From Octopus vulgaris (lineage: Eukaryota), in contig OX597819.1 in assembly GCA_951406725.2 (NCBI GenBank), positions 117,180,001 through 117,244,000 on the forward strand: a stretch of 64,000 bases of DNA. Direction: 5' to 3'. Below are positions 52,741 through 64,000 of the stretch, piece by piece. The notes under the pieces are model-generated. The model made no database searches and was not told the origin of the DNA. It worked only from the letters and a program-made list of their open reading frames with translations. Position numbers and translations under genes: made by a program. Position 1 is the first letter of the stretch. Every line of letters starts with the position of its first letter.

Positions 52741-54507
52741 TTGTTTCTTTTTACTCATTCCAAGTTTTGCACGAAAATACTTTACGTTTGTTCCGTTTTT
52801 TTTTCTTATTTTCTCACTGTCCAGCGTCCTTGCTTTTAAATTATATATATAGCGCGTAAACAAAACGTGGACGATTGATTTGAGATATATAACATATTTT
52901 ATTAATATGCCTGTTCAAGTATCACAAAAGCATGGAACTATTACTAGTACTTTCATTTGTATATTAAATTCAAATTTATATGTGTGCGTGTGTATTTTTT
53001 GTGTGTGTGTCTCTGTGTGTATACACGTATGTATAGTTTATTCCAAATTGAAAGAGAGAAGGAAGGAGAGCATTAGTTTATATTAGTCCATCTGCTTATA
53101 TAATGAAGAATTTTACATATGCAAACACGTTTTCTAATATGAACTGGGTGTGTGAATAAGTCTGTGTACATACTTATAGTCTCTATTTACACATATTCAT
53201 TTTACTGATTCTATAACATTTGAATTATTTTGAAATACATATCGGAATTTTCATTTCAAGCAACATCATTCAATAAAACATTTTGGTCCGAACAATGTAC
53301 GTATAGAAATTGTAAGATTTGCACTTGTTTGGTCGCAAGACTTGCATATTTGTAATTTGGTTTCATAAATCAGAATAACATTTTATTGTGAATGTGATTT
53401 AGCCGTCTTAATATTCCTCGTCATTTATACTTTTATTATTTGCATTGAATAGATGTATTTCAAGAACATTTCATTACTTTTTGATTTAATTACATTATTC
53501 CCGAACTAACAAAGTACTTGTAAAGTATTGCTTGAAGTTTAGATCTAATTTAATTTTCTTTACAAATACTAAATTCTGATTGAACATTTCAAGAATATTG
53601 ACAAGGATGTAAAGCAAGCACCATAAGAGCGTGTGTAGTTACCGTCAATATTTAAATGAATGGTTTTATTTATCGATTATTGAAATTCTTGTCAAATGAA
53701 TGATATGGTTATTCTGGAAATGGTAGAGACTAACTGCCGATTTTATGAAGTTGCATTTATTTCAAGGAAATATATCCCTAACCGCTTTGATGTTCAAATT
53801 GTAAAATTACAGTTGTGAGGTCTAAGTAGTAACAATAATACAGTAATTTGAAAACGGATACTGGAATTTTATTTCCTTTTCTTTTTCTTTTTAGTATTAT
53901 CATTAGCTGGCCTTCGGAATTTACCTTTATGCTGTAAATCTGGGGCACTAGGTTCTAAATAACTCTGTGTAATTCATTATTTACCAGATTCATTTGTGTA
54001 TAAAGCAGTATGAATTTATTCTGTTATTTTCCAAATTTGTCTGCAGGGCACTTGATACAAGCATTTCTAACCTTCTATCACAAACTTGTTTGAACCGTGT
54101 TTTTTTAGCAAATCCTTAGGACAGACGCTGTGCAGATATCTTTACGATATGATTGGGTGATATAACTTATCTGTCGCTCAGTCTAGCATCACCAGCTGAT
54201 CATTTAGTGACATTAAAGACTCCAGTGTTCTGCAATATCTGGACCATGTATCTAGAGAGAAAACAAGGAAGAAAATTAATTTCATTTCCTTAACTAAAAT
54301 AAAGAAGTTTAGTGGATTTGCATCGGTTTAGGATTGTTGTCCATCCCCTCCTAAGTCTGTCACAACATATCGCAGTAATCATATATATAATTTTTGTCCG
54401 TTGACCCATGCCATTCAATTGATAGGCTCAGTTTGCATAAAGGGAATTATTTGTTATGCTTTAGATTTTCGACTGCATAGAGTGGTATGACAGAATCTGT
54501 ATTTATT

Positions 54508-54900
54508 ATTCTTTTAACCTTTTAATTTTTTCAGTCATGTGACTGCAGCCATGCTGGAGCACCGTCTTTAGTGGAACAAATCGAACCCAGGACTTATTCT
54601 CTGTAAGCCTAGTACTTATTCTATTGGTCTCAATTGCCGAACGGCTAAATGACGGGGAGGGAAACATAACAGTATCAGTTGTCAAGCGATATTGGGGTAC
54701 AAACGAAGACACACAAACATACACCCCCCCACACACACACATATATACATATATACGACGGGCCTCTTTCAGTTTCCGTCAACCAAATCAACTTACAAGG
54801 TTTTGGTCGGCCCGAAGCTATAGTAGAAGTCACTCGCCCAAGGTGCCACGCAGTGGGACTGAACTCGGAGCCATGTGGTTGGTAAGCTACTTTAACACCA
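54508..54900 (-). mobile_element. SINE family B (CORE-like) with internal microsatellite, near full length
   Basis: Head ...CCACATGGCTCCGAGTTCAGTCCCACTGCGTGGCACCTTGGGCGAGTG; internal TA/GT tract; tail GCAGTCACATGACTGAAA. Confidence 0.9.
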
Positions 54901-54973
54901 TATTGTAAACTAAGTCCGCATGCAAGTGTGTTTACCAGCACGCCGAAAAACATATGTATGCATTCAAAATACA

Positions 54974-55011
<38 letters not shown>

Positions 55012-56597
55012 TACACACTCAGAGACTAAAATCTTATATGCTTTATGGAGCTATGAAAGTCATGTTAACATAAAGAAAAACATATAAATTTAATTTTACG
55101 TCCATCAGCATTTACATTCATGACAATTTAAAAATTAAAAAAATTCTGTCATATACCCTAAGTAAAGCAGCATGGAATCGAGCAGGAAGAATAATTTACC
55201 TCATTCAACCTGCGAAATATCCTCTGTTGCATACATGTAATGAGGTGTCATTTGACCATTTCTTCATCTTTTTTCTCTCTGAATTTCTCTTTCTTTTTTT
55301 TATCAATATATATATATACAAACATTCATAGACACATGCTCGGACAGAAACTCACACACTAAAACACACTTTTATGGAGAGAGAGAGAGAGAGAGAGAGT
55401 GGGGGAGATGGAGAGAGAGAGGGCGGCAAGCAATATAGGAAAATAAAATAGAGAAGAAATCACAAATTGTTACTGAAATTTCTCTTCAGTGTCATTAACT
55501 CACACATGATCTGTTCGGGTTCGTTTTGTGTGCACCAATTTTTTTTAGGTACTTACTATAATTCTATTACATATTACATTTCAAAATGCACGCTAAAAGA
55601 ATGATCCTACTACCATTGTGTAACATCAATTTCCATATTTTAATGCTGAGCAGTGAGTATGAAACATCGTGAGACATTCAACGAACAATGAATCTTCATT
55701 TGATGTGACTCTGATTGTTCATTGTGAAATTTACACAACTTCCACTGTTACAGTCTGCTATTTGATGATTGTTAGTATTTTGAAAGCGTGAAATTTACTA
55801 CGAGATTGGAATTTAAACTGCTATACCTAAATTGGTTAATGAAGCTTCACCGTTCTTACTCGATCTTCAATGAATATCTAACATTAATCACCTATACTCT
55901 ACAACACTCTCTAAAAATGTGACAGGCGCAACGTATAATCTTATATAAGATAAGCCTGAAAAGAAGGGACAATTACGGTTGGATTGGCATTAATGGCAAA
56001 AATTTCTAATCGAATGATTTTAATGTCAGGATTGCTCAATGAGGTCTGACACGGTGCTAATCAGTAACAACTACTTATTGGTTTTTAGGCTGATTTCGTG
56101 TCTTCACGACTAAAACTTATATTATTTGCTAAAATGGTTTGATATAAGTATTTTGTGCTGAGATGAAACTCTTTCAGTGTTCCGAGAATTCCTAATTAGT
56201 TCAACAATGTTTCATAAAATAAATAAATAAATAAGATCTGTCTTTTGCAGTTTAATGCTGCGATATATGTGTAGAAGAAACAACGGAGCTACATCTACCA
56301 CATTGTTATATTTGCAAGCAGGCTTATATATTTAATAGTGAGTCGGCAAAGTTTCGTCTTATCTATTTTACGTGGAACATTTCTCGTATGCTGAACATTA
56401 TTACACAGCAAAGCTTTTGAAGAAAACTTTAATAGAGATAACAGTTAAAGGTCGAGCATATTGTGTCCTCATTTAGAAGATAGTACACATAACACTTCAA
56501 TTAACTGAGATCGTCTAAGCAATTAAAAGACGAACCGATCCTCTATGCATACTTCATATCTAAATATAACCGGTAGCGTGGTTCGGCTGAGCGAGAT

Positions 56598-56672
<75 letters not shown>

Positions 56673-57705
56673 ATTGTGTGTGTGTAAAATGCTCATAAAC
56701 AGTACGTTTTCGAGGAATGGTACTAAATACATATATGATAAGCATTCACATTTGTAAAGTAATGAGTTGTTAAAAAACGACAAAATATCTACATGTGATG
56801 AGTTGGTAAAACTGTTTTCAGACATGATTACACTTTAAAAAAATATAGAGACAACTTCAATAACATCCGATTGACGGCAATTTTGAAATTTATAAAGACG
56901 TCGGATATGGATGTCAATTTTGCTTCTAAACCCGACCGATACTAACAAATATATCTCCGTACTTTCAGAATTACACAGAAAAAGCTTGCACCAGTTACTA
57001 GACAGAATTCATAAATAATAAAGTTTTAGGTTTGTGTATTTAGCATGCAGAATGATTCCCTGAGTTTCTCTCTTTTAAATATAGTATAGATTTTCTCGAT
57101 ATATTGGCAAGTTCAGAAGCAGATGTTTAGTATGATAATCAGAAAGATAGTTGTTGCCAGACTAACATGTGCTGAATGACATAAGTAAACAGCTTCCCTT
57201 TATGTCCTGCAGACAATAGCGCAGCGAAACGAATACTGTGAAAATATTCTTCAAATCTCGGTTTACAGATTCTGCATATTTTAGCTTCAGAACATTGAAG
57301 GAAAATCATAGTGAACTGTTTGTAAATCAAATAAAAATATTATGCACTCGATAGTCATGTAGACATTTCACGTGCAACGGAGTACTAGCCGCATTATATT
57401 GTATGCATACATACCTTATTATATTATATGTCGAGTTGTGAACAAAATCAACTATTGTATTTACTTGTTAAAAAACACAGAATGTCTGATCTTTCTCTAA
57501 TCATTATTGATGATAAACATTTTCATATAAACAATACAATATAATTAGGTTATGAAATCATATTATAACTTATTTTTCTCTGCAATAAAATTATGAATCG
57601 ATGATAATTTTATATCAGGTTCGTGGCATTTGAGATTCTTTAGACTGTTGGGTTATGTCATATAAGTTAGACCTACAGACACACACTCAAACACACACAC
57701 ACATA

Positions 57706-57747
<42 letters not shown>

Positions 57748-57929
57748 CAACATCATATCGTTGAAAACATTCACTGCTAAAGACATGTACGCATAAACAT
57801 TTTACATCCACAAATATAAACGCACATATACACATTTATATATAAATCTATCCATCTGAGTGTGTTTTGAAAAATACAATGCATGCATATGCCTACAGAA
57901 AAACACAATGTACACACATATATATATAC

Positions 57930-58735
<806 letters not shown>

Positions 58736-58741
58736 CACAGG

Positions 58742-59175
58742 TACAGGAGTGGCTGTGCGGTAACAAGCTTGCTTCCAAACAACATGGTTCCGAGTTTACT
58801 CCCACTGCGTGGCATCTTAGGTAAGTGTCTCCTACTAGGGCCTCGTGTCGACCAAAGCCTTGTGAGTGTTTTTATTAGACGGAAACTGAAAGAAGCGCAT
58901 TGTATATATGTACGTTTGTGTGACTGTTTGTGAATCTGTATGTCTGTGTATGTATGTATTTGTGTGTGTGTGTGTGTGTGTGTGAGTCTTTGTCCCCACC
59001 AATCATCGCTGGAAACTGATGTCGGTGTGTTTACGTCTCCGTAACGTAGCAGTTCGGCAATAGAGACTGATAGAAAAATGTTCTAGGCTTTAGAAAGAAT
59101 AAGCCCTGGGGGTGATTCGTTCGACTAAAAGCGGTGCTCCAGCATGACCGCTGTCAAATGATTGAAGCAAGAAAA
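58742..59175 (+). mobile_element. SINE family B, full length
   Basis: GGAGTGGCTGTGCGGTAAC head, GGCATCTTAGGTAAGTGTC CORE-like segment, internal (GT)n, tail GTCAAATGATTGAAGCAAG. Confidence 0.9.
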
Positions 59176-59189
59176 TATATATCTATCTT

Positions 59190-59580
<391 letters not shown>

Positions 59581-59802
59581 GTCTATGCCATTTTCAATTA
59601 ACTTCTTTCTCAAAATTACTCTGGAGCGAAGAAGTGTGTGTATTGCACGTGATATGTGCCATGTATAAGACATCCTTGATTCTTTGGTTATTTCTGTATG
59701 ATTGCGTTAAAAAAATGTTTGTGTACGCATGCATAATTTGTGGACAGTAATGTGTTTAAACGAATGTTGAGGAGTTTACATTTATTATTAATTTGGGATT
59801 TA

Positions 59803-60190
59803 AGGAGACGAGCTTGCTGAATCGACAATACGTCGGGTAAAATGCTTTACGCTTGCATTTCATACATCGGGAGCGATAGAATGAGTACCAGTTGAGTACT
59901 GGGGTTCATGTAATTGATTGGCTCCTCATCCAAGATTTTAGGAATTGTGCCTATAACAAATAAGAGTATTAGTATTTGATTAGAGCTGTCAGAATTGTTT
60001 GCCCGTCCTACAAAAATTTTTTTTCGGTATATATATATATTTTTTGTTCTGCGCTGAAATCCTTTCTAATTCCCTTTCCCGGGTCCGGGGCTCGATAAAA
60101 TAAAGTAATAATAAAATGCAGTGGTTCATGTAATCAACTCGTACACTACATGCAAAGTAGCTGCCTTTGGTCCGAATTTATTAAGAATTA
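59803..60190 (+). mobile_element. Two tandem degenerate SINE family A variants
   Basis: GATAGAATGAGTACCAGTTGAGTACTGGGG; the second copy from ~59983 has GGGGCTCGATAAAATAAAGTA. Confidence 0.65.
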
Positions 60191-60678
60191 TATATTTTGG
60201 ATTTATATAGTGATGCGGCTGGTTTGGTCGCATGTAGCATTGAATATTCGTTTGTACAATTTATGAAGGCAGATATATAAATTCAGTTGTAGAGAGTCTC
60301 TTGTGTTTTATTGTTCAGGCGCTTAAGAAAGCTGCAGTAAGTTTTCAGGCGCTTACGAATGTTGCACAACTTATATATTAACATGAAAGAGAAGAAAAGA
60401 TAATTTGATTCGAGAAATGTAGTTTAGTAATTTGTAAACTAGAAATTTGCTGAAGTAATTTACATTTGAAAAACATCATTTCCGACTGAAATCGAGTATC
60501 TTTGGCTGAAGTGTGTTTTTGTTTTTACAATTAGAATCTTGTGTCCTGTGGTGGATACGGACTTGAGCTGAAAGCATAAAAGAAAATTTAAGCATAATAT
60601 CCTTTTCCTGTAGTACACACAATTTCCCTCTCGGAATAGTTTTCCCCAATATTATTAATCACGAAATTGCTATATGTA

Positions 60679-60736
<58 letters not shown>

Positions 60737-61275
60737 CGTGTGTGTGTGTGTATGTAAGTATGTATGTAGGTATGTTTATATGTATATATGTATGTATGTT
60801 TACATTTAAGCAGATATGTATTTTACTGACATCTGCATGAACAATACTGTATTGCAATCCGAACAAATATGTACATTGGAAACCTACATGTAAACAAACA
60901 TATACGTAAACAACACTTGCATTAACAAATGAAATCATGTAGGAAAAATTCCTCCAAATAACGCTGATCCTCACCGGTTTGCAAAGTGTTGAAAACATCC
61001 AAACAAATCTCGTTGTTGATAAATTGGTATTCCTTCTCAACTCCATTGCTATTCGGATGAAATGGGTGGCGCCTCTAATCTACGATGTTTTCATGTATAT
61101 ATATACACACACATGCGCGAGTGCACGCACATTTATACGTATGTATATGTATATATACATGTGTGCGTATTGAAACTCAAACGCAAGCATATGTATTAAA
61201 GTATAGATATAATGAAATTAGATGACAATGTAAACCGTCTCTGTATTATATATATATATATATATTAATATATAC

Positions 61276-61503
61276 TCTTTACTTGTTTCAGTCATTTGAC
61301 TGCGGCCTTGCTGTAGCACTGCATTTAGTCAGCCAATCGACCCCAGGACTTATACTTTGTAACCCTAGTACTTATTCTATCGGTCTCTTTTGCTGAACCG
61401 CTAATTTACGGGGACGTAAACACACCAGCATCTGTTGTCAAGCGATGTTAGGTGGGGGACAAACACAGACACACAAACATATGCACACACACACAAACAT
61501 ATG

Positions 61504-61561
<58 letters not shown>

Positions 61562-61710
61562 CACGACAGGCTTCTTTCAATTTCCGTCTACCAAATCCAC
61601 TCATAAATCTTTGGTCTGCCCGAGGCTATAGTAGAAGACACTTGTCCAATGTGTCACGCAGTGGGATTGAACCCGGAACCATGTGGTTGGTAAGCAAGCT
61701 ACATACCACA
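61276..61710 (-). mobile_element. SINE family B, near full length
   Basis: Best-preserved copy, with B-box CCGGGTTCAATCCC and an internal CA/TA tract. Confidence 0.92.
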
Positions 61711-63029
61711 CACATATATATAAATATAAATATATGAATGAGACAAAAATAAAACCAAGGCTGTATAGATACTTATATATATATATAAATGTTATTCACC
61801 ACTTCACACCTTACAATAAAAGTCACAGACAATATTTTACTGTAAGTACTTAGGACTCATATATTACCACACGTAAATATGTAATATATATAAAAATAAT
61901 AATATAGTATATGTTCACATACATTGCCTACCACAGGATGCATACACATCTTAAACTACAATGTGAAAGCCATTCTTGATATTGATTTCTATGAATGCAA
62001 TTCTCCTGTTAATATGAATAGAATAGTTGTAGGTATTTCCATGCACAACGTCCCTAGATACGTATTGAGAAATCTGAGCGAATTTATTGGCTGCAGTTAC
62101 AAAAATAGAACAGCTAAAAGAGAATATCTATTAAAAGAAATTATATTTCAAACTAAAATCATTAATTATCTTCGGAATAATTTAAAAGAAACCATTTTTT
62201 CTAATAATCTATGCTTGTGGCATAGATATCTTTCAGTTTTTAAATTTGCTTCTAGCTAATGTTAACTGTTCTTCTTCGTCTTACAATTTACACATGAGTT
62301 ATACGTTTTAACGTTCTTGAGACCATCAAATTTCAATTAATTCTCTACGGTGCTAAATCAAACATTAAATTTCCTACTATTACTAAAATGTTTTTAATTA
62401 ATTTGACTGAATCTGCAGAATCGTTATAATGCAGTTATATTCTCAGACTACTCTAACTTAAGTGTTGGAGAAACTAAACTTACACTGGCAAACTGTATTC
62501 TTTATGGTACGTTTATTGCAGAAGATGAAAGGATCAACTTGCCATTGAACACATGTTACTCCACAATACCATAAAATCCAAATAATATTCTTAGAATTCA
62601 TTTATTTTTCTTACTAGCTTTTGTCTTTGGAATATCAACTGCTAACGAATCTCCTTTATCCAGGTTGGTACATCAAAATAGTGCTTACTTGTACATTACA
62701 GCTTATTTTTTTTTTACTTTTCAGAAAGATCAAAGTTAAAGAACAATGCAAGTTTGGTTTCGATAGTAAGCAATTCTCTGGTCGTCACATTTTATCTTCT
62801 TTTGGGTATGTCGGAGGATGTCATCTCGCTTGATCTAATTGAATAAACTATTTAGAAACAAGTGAAGTTGCTTTTTGACAATAATTATTATTCGACACCT
62901 GAAATATCTGCTCAAACAATGAGCAGATACACATAAACATATACATACTGATATACATAAATACGTACGTACACACACACACACAGACATACGTATATGT
63001 ATATATATATATATATATATAAATAATAA

Positions 63030-64000
63030 ATATTAGGGAATAAATCCAAATTTACAGGGAAAGAAATCAGATTTAGGATTAAATCCAATTTATAGTAAAA
63101 TATTATAAAATATTATTAGAGACAAAACCACTATTTTGCAAAACAAACAAGGAAAGACTTAATCAATACATAAAATTTTAATAAATAGTCAAAAAAACCG
63201 CCACTACAATCGTTTCTTGTCTTGATCGACAATCTTCAGGTGGACTTCAATCTAAATATCAATATTTTAAAATATACAAATAATAATTTTAAAATAATTA
63301 AAGTATGAATGAAAAAATATAAATATATAATCCATATATAACCTATATATAATCCATATATAATCAATATATAAACAATATATAAACTAAAATAAACCTA
63401 TCAACAATTAAATATAAAATATAAAATATAAAACAAAACAAAAAAAATAATAATAATATAATAATAAACTATATATACACCCATACACATGTACCTAATT
63501 ATATAAAACCATATCTAACTACATACACTAAATCACACACCTATATATATATCCCTATACATACACATAAAAACGTCTAGGCAACTAAAAATAAATAAAA
63601 TAGCTAAATACTTCAACACAATACTTATTCATACTCCCCCACACACACACATACAACCCACATTCACGCTCTAGAAACCGGACATCACTCAAAACTATGA
63701 ACGGAGAAATAGAATAAATGGAATTAAAAATTATATTCACTTGGTAAAACGAACACTACTTAAAAATTATGAATGAAACAATGCAATAAAACAACAGACA
63801 TCGCAAATATACACAAATTACTACGAATTCCTTAACAAACCTACCATGATAAACCAAAACTCACAAAAACATATAATGATAAAATCTCCCTTTACTAAAC
63901 TCTATAACATACCTTTATAGCAATCCCCCTAACCTAAACATTCACACACAAATACACACTCGTAAACCACACACCTACGACATATACAAATACCCACACC
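63030..64000. mobile_element. Probable Penelope-like pLTR or element remnant, running off the window
   Basis: Begins after a (TA)n tract, contains the HHR, and is followed by strongly A/C-skewed sequence. No clear protein motif. Confidence 0.45.
63201..63243 (-). ncRNA. Type I hammerhead ribozyme motif with intact core
   Basis: CCAC-CUGAAGA-UUGUC gaucaa GACAA-GAAAC gauu GUA^-GUGG. Confidence 0.8.

Noticed and set aside
52363-52863. 166-aa minus-strand ORF as a host gene
   Set aside because: It is antisense to a PLE GIY-YIG relic and has no independent motifs.

Overview
AT-rich, microsatellite-dense eukaryotic DNA with no recognisable host gene. The tRNA-derived SINE families point to a coleoid cephalopod, probably Octopus (inferred from repeat recognition, not tested). 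Most ORFs in the track are microsatellite artefacts. The coding relics are all from mobile elements: R4/Dong-type RLE LINEs sitting in (TAA)n (one with an uninterrupted 484-codon 3' ORF), a CR1-like APE-RT LINE, mariner and maT/DD37D transposase relics, a Gypsy-like LTR remnant and at least three Penelope-like (PLE, GIY-YIG) fragments. The main unexplained signal is a set of minimal type I hammerhead ribozyme (HHR) motifs from unrelated repeat families. One of them is carried by a non-coding element built as tRNA-like Pol III head + (TAA)n + HHR + AT-rich tail. It occurs twice, each time as a head-to-head inverted pair like PLE insertions. One copy has a perfect 12-bp TSD and is the middle layer of a three-level nest (old R4 LINE > HHR-SINE > young Dong/R4 LINE). 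All alignments and folds were read by eye, so boundaries of degenerate elements are approximate.
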